64,000 nucleotides of DNA from Sedimentisphaerales bacterium. GTDB taxonomy: Bacteria > Planctomycetota > Phycisphaerae > Sedimentisphaerales > SM23-30. Below are positions 32,583-42,300 of this stretch, in pieces. Every line of letters starts with the position of its first letter. Position 1 is the first letter of the stretch. The notes below the pieces were generated by a model. That model had not been told where the DNA came from. It saw nothing but the letters and a program-made list of their open reading frames with translations, and did not search any database. The stretch spans positions 105,934-169,933 of the forward strand of contig CAXXMR010000015.1 in assembly GCA_963663805.2 (NCBI GenBank), written 5' to 3'. A program made the translations under genes and the position numbers.

Positions 32583-33980
32583 CTAAGCGGCCCAGCCGCC
32601 TTTGACTGCAAGCGAACGAATATAGACTTCGGCGACAAGCCTACCAGCTATATTCGTTCTCGATGAAATTTGGCCGCGAAGTTCTTGCTCCGCCGGCTCG
32701 GGACCACGCCGAGGATTTTCCCCGCCACACTGACAATATCCGTAAACATTGCCATTCCGGGAAATTCGGGAAAATGCAGGGGCAGGAGCACTCAACGACA
32801 CACCCGGAATCCGTTGTTGTTGTTCATGTTGTTCGGGTTGTTGTTGTTGCGGTTCGAGACCGTACAGTTGTTGTCGTTGTTGTTCCAACCGCCGCCGCGC
32901 AGAACGCGGTAGCTTATCCGGCGTCGCCCTTGTGAAACTCCAGTCTTTGCATAATCGACAAAGTAATTTATAGTCATTGGTATGACTGCTATGTCCTATC
33001 CAACTGGCAAGTCTTGGTTTGATGTAATCGAGGTCGATAATCCCACAGGCGTAAGCTTTTTGCATCCATCGGATACGTTTTCGGAAGGATTTGATATTGT
33101 CTTTTCGCAAGACCCTATGATACGGCCAGAGTCGCATCCCGACAAAAGTCAGACCCGCCTTGACCGGTCTGATAAAGCTTTTAGTCGTATGAATCCGAAG
33201 CCGAATACTTTGCAGACAGGTCTTGACATCCTCACGCAGCGTCACTAAAGAGTCCCTGTCTTTTGCCAATATAATAAAATCATCGCAATATCTCACATAA
33301 CTGCCGTACCCACACTCCTTTGTGATAAAATGGTCCAAGCCGTTCAGATACCAGTTAGCAAACCATTGACTGGTCAAATTGCCGATAGGAAGACCATGGC
33401 GGTGTTCCCCAGGTGTAAACAAGTCATCGCCGGCAAACCATTCCATCTCTGACGGCTGCGGATTAGAACAGTCCACAGTCAAGTCCATCAGGGCAAGCAC
33501 ATTTTTGTCTTTGATGAGCCGACGAAACATCTCTTTCAATGCGTTATGGTCAATACTCGGAAAAAATTTGCATATATCACACTGCAAAGCATATTTATTG
33601 TGTTTCATCAGATATTGGAGCCTGTTCGCCGCGGCATGGGTTCCCTTCTCCTTGCGACAGGCGTAACTGTCCGGATGAAAATGCCGGTCCAGAATCGGTT
33701 CCAGGACATTCATCATAGCGTGATGTACCACTCTATCCCGATACGGAGCCGCGGAAATCATCCGCCGCTTGGGGCGTGTTATCCAATGGGTCTTAAAGTC
33801 GCCAGGCAGATAATCACCCGCGAGAAGCTCATCCTGCAACCGCAGCAGCTCGGATTCGAGATCGAACTCAAACCGCTGGACACACCTCTTGCTGCGCTTG
33901 CCTCGCCTTGACTTGCGGGCCGCCAAAACAAGGTTCTCCCAACTTATCAGTTTTTCCCATAGATTGCCATAGCGTTTCAT
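32583..33980 (-). CDS. DGR reverse transcriptase
   Basis: PKRRMISAAPYRDRVVHHA, SYACR..KGTH, DICKFFPSIDH, GLPIGNLTSQWFAN (DGR-type SQ), YVRYCDDF, FVG; last ~110 aa read through TR/spacer. Confidence 0.96.
   Translation of the reverse strand: MKRYGNLWEKLISWENLVLAARKSRRGKRSKRCVQRFEFDLESELLRLQDELLAGDYLPGDFKTHWITRPKRRMISAAPYRDRVVHHAMMNVLEPILDRHFHPDSYACRKEKGTHAAANRLQYLMKHNKYALQCDICKFFPSIDHNALKEMFRRLIKDKNVLALMDLTVDCSNPQPSEMEWFAGDDLFTPGEHRHGLPIGNLTSQWFANWYLNGLDHFITKECGYGSYVRYCDDFIILAKDRDSLVTLREDVKTCLQSIRLRIHTTKSFIRPVKAGLTFVGMRLWPYHRVLRKDNIKSFRKRIRWMQKAYACGIIDLDYIKPRLASWIGHSSHTNDYKLLCRLCKDWSFTRATPDKLPRSARRRLEQQRQQLYGLEPQQQQPEQHEQQQRIPGVSLSAPAPAFSRISRNGNVYGYCQCGGENPRRGPEPAEQELRGQISSRTNIAGRLVAEVYIRSLAVKGGWAA
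32777..32914 (-). ncRNA. DGR template repeat (TR)
   Basis: 138-nt ungapped match to 34388-34525; 16 AAC codons in the target frame; 18 of 22 mismatches are at TR adenines (counted by hand). Confidence 0.95.
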
Positions 33981-34312
33981 CTGCTTTTACTCCATCCGCC
34001 GGCCTGGGAACCAATCGCCAGCAGACTCTTTGAACCAAAGCCGTAACTTTTCACAGCCAAAACAGCCAAATCTTTTGATAACCGCAACTGGAATCGCAAA
34101 ATCTCCAGTTCGATGTTCACATCGTCCAGCAGGACTCTCTTTTCTTTGTGGTACTTGGCCTTCAGCAATAACTCCAGAATCTTCTGCATCCGGCTTTCCA
34201 TCGCATAACCCAACGAATACCGATGATGACGCGGATACTTTTCAATATGCCGAATCATCCACAGCATAAAATCGTAAAAATCCTGTATGATTTTCAATTC
34301 TTCATTTTTCAT
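33977..34312 (-). CDS. avd: DGR accessory variability determinant
   Basis: 111-aa four-helix-bundle type, YPRHHRYSLG, LEILRFQLRLSKDL, IGSQAGGW; ATGA overlap with RT. Confidence 0.9.
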   Translation of the reverse strand: MKNEELKIIQDFYDFMLWMIRHIEKYPRHHRYSLGYAMESRMQKILELLLKAKYHKEKRVLLDDVNIELEILRFQLRLSKDLAVLAVKSYGFGSKSLLAIGSQAGGWSKSR

Positions 34313-34323
34313 TTTTTTAGCGA

Positions 34324-34342
34324 CCAGGGGCTACGCCCCTGG
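34324..34342 (-). promoter_or_regulatory. DGR target-recognition hairpin downstream of VR/IMH
   Basis: CCAGGGGC-GTA-GCCCCTGG on -, 8-bp GC stem with GNA triloop, 45 nt past the end of the VR/TR match; not present after TR. Confidence 0.8.
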
Positions 34343-34387
34343 ACCCCGCAAAGGGTAAAAGGACAAAGAGCAAAGGATAAATAAATC

Positions 34388-34525
34388 CAGGGGCAGGAGC
34401 ACTCAACGACACACCCGGAATCCGTAGCTGCCGTACATGTGGTTCGGGGTGCCGTTGTAGCGGTACGCAACCGTACAGTAGGTGCCGTTGCCGCCCCAGC
34501 AGCCGCCGCGCAGAACGCGGTAGCT
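34388..34525 (-). repeat. DGR variable repeat (VR) incl. IMH
   Basis: Encodes YRVLRGGCWGGNGTYCTVAYRYNGTPNHMYGSYGFRVCR*. Confidence 0.95.
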
Positions 34526-35494
34526 AGATTCAGGATCATATAAGCTGCTGGTCCACTCCCATACATTGCCGGCCATATCGCACATGCCATAGCCAGATAT
34601 TCCGAAGGCACCAACCGCCGTGGTGCCGTACGGATGGATGGAACCGCGATAGTTCGCTATACTGTTATCGATAGTCGTCCCGCAGCCATAGGTATAGCTG
34701 CCGTTATGGTCCGCTACCGCCTGCCATTCCCACTCCGTCGGCAGACGCCACCCGTAGTAGCTCGCAAAGGACGTTGAACCATACCAGCTCACATAAGTAA
34801 CAGGGTGATTCTCAAAACCGCTGTCAACCGTAAAGGAACTGCCCGTCCAGTTGATTCGGGCCGCACCACCGTTGGTGGCCCCATCGGTAGTATATCCCGG
34901 ACCATCAAGTCGATAATAATCCTCACCGGAATAAGGACCGCTGTTGCCTACAACATAATTGCCGCTGACAATAACATCTCCCGAAGCAAGGGCCGCATTA
35001 AGATACTCACAATACTGCGCATTGGTGGTCTCGTATCTGCTCATCTGACCATTGAAGCCTTCGTGGCCGGAAACGCCCGGGTCGTTGATAGACACCCATA
35101 CCATCCCCGCAGGACCATCCACAAAACCATCATCAGCGGTCACCTTGACCCGGTAGGTCGTACCGTAAGCACCCGGCAGATCGGTCTTGCTGTTCCAGAC
35201 AATGTACCTATTGCCAGGATAGATGTTCGAGCCAATATAGCCTGACAGCGATGAAGGCGAGGGTGTTATCGTCCACGTGCTGCCATCGTTATTGCTGACA
35301 GCTATACTGACCGTGCATTTGTCGTTGTCGGCATCAGCCAGCGTATAGTATATATCCACAATTCCGCTGTCATCGCCCCGCTGGGAGGCGGAGACGTTAC
35401 TGACCGCCGGGGGGGAATTCGCCCAGGCCAGATTGGCACAGACCGCCATTAACATAATTGACCAAATTAAAGTTCTGGAATTGAGATTGACCAT
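34403..35494 (-). CDS. DGR target: secreted FGE-sulfatase/SUMF1 (CLec-fold) protein with N-terminal Ig-like domain
   Basis: Signal peptide; YETTNAQY, HPVTYVSW, RLPTEWEW, YGMCDMAGNVWEW, RVLRGG.W, GFRV. Confidence 0.93.
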   Translation of the reverse strand: MVNLNSRTLIWSIMLMAVCANLAWANSPPAVSNVSASQRGDDSGIVDIYYTLADADNDKCTVSIAVSNNDGSTWTITPSPSSLSGYIGSNIYPGNRYIVWNSKTDLPGAYGTTYRVKVTADDGFVDGPAGMVWVSINDPGVSGHEGFNGQMSRYETTNAQYCEYLNAALASGDVIVSGNYVVGNSGPYSGEDYYRLDGPGYTTDGATNGGAARINWTGSSFTVDSGFENHPVTYVSWYGSTSFASYYGWRLPTEWEWQAVADHNGSYTYGCGTTIDNSIANYRGSIHPYGTTAVGAFGISGYGMCDMAGNVWEWTSSLYDPESSYRVLRGGCWGGNGTYCTVAYRYNGTPNHMYGSYGFRVCR

Positions 35495-36099
35495 GCTATG
35501 ACCTCCGTTTTCTTCGAGCCTGCGGCTCTGACAAATATTATTGGCTTATGCCCCCCTCGACAGGGTAAGGGCAAAATAGTTAAGTACCTTTTATGATTGC
35601 ACTGATGTCGCGTTGCCGGATTATTAACTGCCCGGCGGGTGCCGGAAGGCCCCAAAGAACAGTAATCCTCCGAACCGAATCATTATACCAAAGAAGATAT
35701 GCCTTGTCTATCGTGGTTACTACGGTTTTTTGCGGTTTTGTCAGTTTTTCAAGATTTGGCAGTTGAGACTTAAAGACTTGTTATATATGCCGTTATGGTT
35801 ACAGAGAGGATGTTTTAGGCAGTTTGTCGGGTATCAAAAAAAAGACATTTTCACCAGAAACTGAACTTGCTTATTTGATTATTGGTTCCTGGTCTTCTAA
35901 TCATCCCTTTGCAATCTCCCCCACCCAAGCCTCCCCATAATCCTGCGAAAACCACCTCACATCCTTGCTGCGACCAGACCCTGTTCCTGGACGGTGAAAA
36001 TCAAATTTGATTTTGGAATAAAAACAGGTATACTGTGCTATGCAGCTCAATGGATTTGCAAGAGAGATCAACTGTCCAGCAATTCGAGAGCAATAGCTG

Positions 36100-36411
36100 A
36101 TGTTTACCAAAAACAAGCAAACAGACCAGGACTACCGAGAACTTTTTGCTGCCTTTTTCAGCAAATTCCCGAATAATCGCCTACAAGCTGAGACAGGCCG
36201 CATCCTGACAAGGCTTTTGGCCGGCGATATCTCTCTGCCTGGCAAACCCGCCGGTTGGGTAGCCGGCACTATCTATGCGGTAGCCAACCAGGGCCGTCGC
36301 CCTTGCGGCATACCCGGTGTTCTAAACCAGGAGTGTGAGGATTTCTTTCACATTTCGATAGGAACGGTTTACCGACGGGCGGCGCAGATAAGGTCATTGC
36401 TGGGGGGATGA
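36100..36411 (+). CDS. Hypothetical helical protein (DUF6398-like)
   Basis: GKPAGWVAGTIYAVA...FFHISIGTVYRRAAQIR. Confidence 0.45.
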   Translation: MFTKNKQTDQDYRELFAAFFSKFPNNRLQAETGRILTRLLAGDISLPGKPAGWVAGTIYAVANQGRRPCGIPGVLNQECEDFFHISIGTVYRRAAQIRSLLGG

Positions 36412-38415
36412 GTATTGCCTTCCCATAAACCTGCGAGAATTTCAGACACAACCACAATCACCCGCCGACCATGATTTCAGCAATCATGTCGGATAAAATT
36501 CTCCCACTCTGACCTGTCCATACTCCTGGTTGAACTCCGGGCAGTGCCACTGGCTGCCCGCGGCAATTATTCGCTGGTTGTCAGTGCACAAATCTTCAAT
36601 GGCACTGTATTGATATTGTCCCTGGGCTACTATTTCCCAATCTGTACCATCCCAGCGTACCAGTGTGGCCGGGCCTAAACCGACAATCGAGCTGAACTCT
36701 CCGCCGACAATCAACTCCCCGGCAAACAGCACCGAATCGCGAATAGTCCCCCGGCAATACTTGTCATAACGCACCCACTCATTCCCAACCAACTCATAGA
36801 CCCCGTGACCTTCGGTGCAGGCAAACAATCGCGCATCGAGGCTGCGCAGTTTCAGGACAGTCCCCGGCAGGCCACCAGCCACCGGTTCCCATTTCTCATT
36901 AGCGGTGTTCCATTTGGCGACATACTTGAGCCAGACAGGATTGTTATGGAACGTTCGCGTAAATGAACCGCCGATATATATTTCACCGTTGTGTTCTTCG
37001 ATGGTATGAACTCTGCCATTTACACCATCGCCCAGGGCGTGGTATTCGCTGCCATCCCAAAGGGCGATATTACGGGCTTCGATATCGGCGGGCTGACGAT
37101 AACTGTTTAAGCCAAATATTAAACCTTCACTATTTTCCATAACAGAATTATATCCGCCTTTGAACTGTTCAAAACTCTCGCCGTCCCAGGTAAAAACTTC
37201 ACTGGCCGTGGTTCTGATATAGAGTTTGTCGCCATACCAAACCATCTGATTGTAATGTTCTCCTACCGCTCCACTGCCGATGGGATACCAATCTACACCA
37301 TCCCAATAAGCGGCGTGAGCGACACCACCTTTACCGTCTTGAATCTCAAAGTTGCCACAGGCGTAGAGGATACCTTCGTGCCAGAGCAGGGCACTTACTA
37401 CGCTGGATATATTACCATCAAACCCTCCACCTAAGGCATGCCAATTGATACCATCCCACACAGCGACACGCAGGGCATCAACACCGGCAATACGGCTGAA
37501 TGTACCGCCCATAACAATATCATCGTCTAATCCAGCCAGACAGTTAATCCGGGCATCAACATAACTGTAAATTTCTGTCCAGCTATCACTATCCAGACGA
37601 TAAACACCATCTAAGGTAACTGCGTATAAATCATCGTTAATGAAATGCAGATTCGATACTGTTGAATCGAGCCCATCGCCGACGGTGAACCATTCCTCGC
37701 TATCCCACCTGGCAAAACCAGCGACAGGGACACCGCCTGCCTGCGTAAAATTACCAGAGACAAAAAGATTGCCGCTATTTTCATCAATCGCCAGGGCAGT
37801 GGCAGGACCATTTAAACCACTACCCAAGGCTTGCCAGTCGGTGCCGTCATAAACCCCTATTCGACTAACTGAGACTGCTCCGGCGAACTGGAAGTTACCC
37901 GCGGCATAGACCAATTCTTTATGATGTGTTTCGTCGTTATATACAGCCAGAGCGATTACCTCATCGTTAAGCCCATTCCCTAGGGGCAGCCACTGAGAAC
38001 CATCCCAGCAGCCGATATGGTTTAATTCGACCTCACCAGAATGCCTAAAACCACCACCGGCATAAATACCATTTTGTCCGGCCGCTAATGAGGTGACTTT
38101 TCCGTTAAGACCTGCCCCCAGAGCCTGCCAGTTACTGCTGGAAAAAACCGCGATATTATTAACGATTGTTTCACCGGAAGTCGCAAATTTACCCCCGGCG
38201 TAAATCTCATCATCCCAAACAGCCAGGGCCCGCACCGTACCATCCAGCCCGGCACCTAAATCTGTCCATTCTTCATTAATGTATGCCGCTATATGACTGC
38301 TGAAATCACCCCCGGCGATAATGTTTGAGCCATCCATTGCCAGTGTTCTTACCGTACCGTCAAGCCCTGCGTCCAGATTACTTAAAATGCCATCTTCTTC
38401 CAGTAAACAAACAAA

Positions 38416-39006
38416 TCAATGACCACCGGCAGAGCCGGTGGTATGAGGAAGGCCCCTAAAAGGGGCCATTACAGTTAGTCTAATCCTTTTTCAATATTTT
38501 GCTCATGCTTGTCCTGATCTTGAATGTACTTACGAATATGGGCTTCATCAAGACCAACGGTACTTACACAATAACCGCGAGACCAAAAACTGCGGCCAAA
38601 GAGAGTGCCTTTGGTACGCATCAGATCACGAGAAATCCGGATGGCACTTTTACCTTTGAGATAACCGATGGTCATAGCGATGCTGTACTTGGGCGGAACG
38701 CTCAGGAGCATATGAATATGGTCTGCCATGGCGTTACCTTCTATAAGCTCTATCCCATATTGGCGGCACAATTCTCGCAATATCGCACCTATTTCCTTTC
38801 GCAACTTACCAAATATTGCTTTGCGACGATATTTGGGTACAATAACAACATGATACTTACAGTCCCATTTTACATGGGCCTGACTCTGCCAGTCTTTCAT
38901 AGTGTCCTCCTTGACCCCAGGAGCCTTCCTCAAGGAGGACCATTGTAACGCACTTAACGGCAGAGCCTTATAAATTCTCACCGGCAGAGCCGGTGGATTA
39001 GCTTGG
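38416..39006 (-). mobile_element. IS200/IS605-family element (tnpA only), about 591 bp
   Basis: Identical subterminal hairpins CACCGGC-AGA-GCCGGTG at ~38424-38440 and 38979-38995; no target duplication seen. Confidence 0.9.
38475..38981 (-). CDS. tnpA: IS200 HUH/Y1 transposase (probable start MKDWQ at ~38900)
   Basis: YHVVIVPKYRR, DHIHML (HUH), YLKGKS, FWSRGYCVSTVG, IRKYI. Confidence 0.95.
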   Translation of the reverse strand: MRIYKALPLSALQWSSLRKAPGVKEDTMKDWQSQAHVKWDCKYHVVIVPKYRRKAIFGKLRKEIGAILRELCRQYGIELIEGNAMADHIHMLLSVPPKYSIAMTIGYLKGKSAIRISRDLMRTKGTLFGRSFWSRGYCVSTVGLDEAHIRKYIQDQDKHEQNIEKGLD

Positions 39007-41330
39007 ATTTAGAGCATCTGCCACCCCGGCCTGTGTGAACCGCCCGCCGACATAGAGATTGTCATCATCGTCGATGGCCAGAGCGTTGGCCAGGGGAGAA
39101 TTACCTGTCAGTCCGGAGCCGAGCTTTAGCCATTGGTTGTCATACCACTGGGCGATGCAGTTGTAACCTGTTTCGCCGTCAATTTCGATTGTCCCGCTCG
39201 CAGCGACAAATACTATTCCCTTACTATCTACCGCCAGAGCGTTGGTGTTTCGATTGAATACCCCGCCCAGCTCCTGCCAGTTTGAGCCATCATATTCAGC
39301 GACATGATACTCACCTGTGGTATCGTTATATGTCCCCACAAACACACTGCTGCCATCCGAGGCGATACCTTTAAACTGCGTATAGTCCGACTCGATGGCA
39401 TTCCAGATTTCACCATCCCAGCAGGCCAGGCGGTAATATACCGTCGGATAAGATGAACGCCAGTTGCCGATGGCATAAACCCCATCATTCGTTAGAGCAG
39501 TCTCAGATGGCCCGGCGGTAATGCTTATCCCTTCCTCACAAGCTGACATCTCAAACCAGCCGTCTTCTTCACTATAGCCGGCCAGATAATTGGCAGTCAG
39601 CGCCCCTCCGATACAATCGAAATCACCGCCAATGTATAGCCCTTCTGCGCGGCCTTTCAGGGCATGAACCGGCATACTATATTTAATGTTCAGGCCGCCA
39701 CTGAGAGTTAACCAGTCATCTTCCGCCGGGTCATAAACAGCCAGGTGAGCCAATGCTTTTTCATCTGTAGCATTGCCCGTGAAATAACCCCCGGCGTACA
39801 ATTTACCATCCCAGGATTCCAGGGCATAAACAGTATTATTGAACCCGCTGCCAACCTGCGACCAGGCAGAGCCGGAGAATTTTGCGATTCGCTCGCATGA
39901 CTCGCCATCGGCCAAACGAGTGAAATCGCCTCCGGCATAAAGATTGCCGTTATGCCAGGTTATGGCAGAGACACTGCCGTTTAACCATTTCTCGTCGCCG
40001 CCTAACCTCTCCCAATCGGAGCCATCCCAGGTAACCACGCCCAAACCACCGACATAGAGCAGATTATTATGAACTTCGGCGACATAACAAATCGGAGTGT
40101 TTCCCAGGTAATAGGATGCACCTTCCATCGCTGCCCAACGTTCGCTGCTAAAATTATACTGCGCTAACCCGTTAGCGTCATCGCCCAGATAGTTACCGAC
40201 ATTAGTGAAATTCCCGCCGGCGTAAATGTATTGTCCATCGGAGCAGATAGTCTTACCGCCGGTGTCACTGAAATCACCGACCGGATGCCAGCTGCTGCCA
40301 TCCCAGCGACCCAGCCCGTTGAGGGTGATATTATCGGGATCGCTAAGATTCATCAGAGGCCCGTAGGCGACCGTAAAATTACCGATAGCGTATATGTCAC
40401 CGTTCAGTTCGCAAAGGCCATAGACGAACCCTTTATAATTGAAGCCATTACCTAAAGCCTGCCAGCGGTTACTGCCATCGGTCCAGGCGATATTATTGAC
40501 AATATTATAATCAAGAGATGATACAACTTCCCGCATGAATCTACCCCCGGCGTAGATTTTTGAATCTGCAATCAGGATATCATAGACTGCCGTAACGCGG
40601 TCATAGCCACTGGCCAGCCATGAATCCTGACCGGCAACATTAGCCCAGGACGAGCCGGTATATTTGGCGATATACCCATAGGTGACATAATCTCCCGGCG
40701 GCACAGGCAAACCAGGACTGTTTCCGACCGTAAAATTACCACCGGCATATAAAGTGGAGCCGGAAAGAGCCAGACAAAAAATCCCGGCCCCGGCCCCGCC
40801 ACTTATATGCCAGTCGCCCGGCTCCAAATCGGAAAAACTCGAACCGTTCCATTTGGTGATATATTTCATGGCCTGACCGTCTACGGTAGTAAAATTCCCG
40901 GCGATATAAACCGTCGAGCCGGAAGCTGCCAGGGCATAGACCTCACCATTTTCGATTCCGCTTTCAGGGTCTAAGGGGGCCCATTCGCCAACTTCGCCAT
41001 CTAAGATCGCCACACGACTGGCAGCTGCCTGACCGATATGAGTGAAGCTGCCGCCGGCGTAAACTTTATCAGCGGCAACCGCCGCAGCATATACACTGCC
41101 ATCGGTATATCGGTCACCCTCTTCAGAGTTGAGGTCATTCCAGGGTGATAATACCAGTCTGCCATCTTTGAGTTTGGCCGGAATATAACGATTGATATAT
41201 GCCGCTGATAATACGCCATCATTTATTCGGATGGGGATAGCCGGTTGACCGATATCATTGGCATAATGAGCTTCCAGCTCGCCGTTAGCGTTGGCTGAGA
41301 TGAATAATCCGTTCATGTACAATATTTTCC

Positions 41331-42026
41331 TTAGCCCAGACGCAGATTGGTTACTGCCATCGGTCCCTCAGCGTCAGTAATCGCCTCGACGGTGTTACTT
41401 GCCGGGCCATAATAAATGTTTTCATTTACCGCTCTAAACGCTCGAACTCGCCACGCAGTTGCCGTGCCGTGGCCGATTGATGTGCTTATCCAGGCATAAT
41501 TACACTGGGAGAGATATACACTCTTATAGCTCTGGGCTGATACCGTATCCTGCGGCTGCCATTGCCCTGCGAAGTGTCGTTCGATACTAAAACCGTCCGG
41601 GCTTTCCGGTTCGCCGGTTCGGTCATAATGCCAGAACAATTTTATCCTGCCGCCGCTCAATAAGGCAGCGGTGAGATTCCGGGGGATATTACCAACAGCC
41701 AAATCTGAATTGCCGTCCGAGTCTGTAATTACAATCAGCGGTGTCGATAGCTCTGAGGCCTGACCAAATAAACCGATATTCTGAAAGGCAAAATAATAAG
41801 TACTCTCAGCAGCGAGTTCAACCGGTACCTCGACAGAATCGACATTATCAGTATATGTGTATATTATCTGACTATCAACAAAATCTGTGCTATCGCTCTG
41901 GTAAATCAATCCAAACTCCTCGCGACGCGGCCAGCCGCCCGGCGGCGTTAGGGACAAAAACGACCATCTGCCTGCCGGAGAGGCACCTGCACCGAGTTGA
42001 GCTTTCAGGAACAGGGTATCTATCAT
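41331..42026 (-). CDS. Fn3/Ig-like phage tail-region protein
   Basis: PRNLTAALLSGGRIKLFWHY...WRVRAF...GPASNTV. Confidence 0.55.
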   Translation of the reverse strand: MIDTLFLKAQLGAGASPAGRWSFLSLTPPGGWPRREEFGLIYQSDSTDFVDSQIIYTYTDNVDSVEVPVELAAESTYYFAFQNIGLFGQASELSTPLIVITDSDGNSDLAVGNIPRNLTAALLSGGRIKLFWHYDRTGEPESPDGFSIERHFAGQWQPQDTVSAQSYKSVYLSQCNYAWISTSIGHGTATAWRVRAFRAVNENIYYGPASNTVEAITDAEGPMAVTNLRLG

Positions 42027-42300
42027 AGCGCCGCCGTAATAGTTCGGATAAGTTTGGTTGGATCGGTAGTTTCATCCCAGGCAACCGTATAAAGGTCAGC
42101 ATTATCAGCGTAATTACGGATTATCATCGTACCATCCGCCTTGGTGGTTATGACCTTATTAGCCCAGAAGGCCGCCGCAATCGCCAGAGACGCAGCGGTG
42201 TCACTACTGCCGGCCAGTGTCCCTGCATCAACGTGCAATGTATCACTTAAATCCTGACTGTCGCCAGAAATCAACGCCTTACCGTCACTACCAAGTGTCC
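42023..42300 (-). pseudogene. C-terminal remnant of a tail-region gene
   Basis: Frame extends upstream of the TTG start (TLGSDGKALISGD) into the truncated TMP end. Confidence 0.45.

Larger units (their letters stand above)
36484..41322 (-). pseudogene. Large multi-blade beta-propeller protein (about 1415 aa) interrupted by IS200
   Basis: Repeats G.GLNG.V.ALA....LYAGG.FT...IA.WDG..W in both halves; halves join in frame once 38416-39006 is removed. Confidence 0.8.

Noticed and set aside
32792..32977. 61-aa Asn-rich ORF as a gene
   Set aside because: It is the TR read in the target frame
32583..33980. Group II intron, retron or Abi RT
   Set aside because: LTSQ motif, adjacent avd and an A-biased TR/VR pair identify a DGR
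35495..36090. Riboswitch or second TR upstream of the DGR target
   Set aside because: No recognisable consensus and no similarity to VR seen
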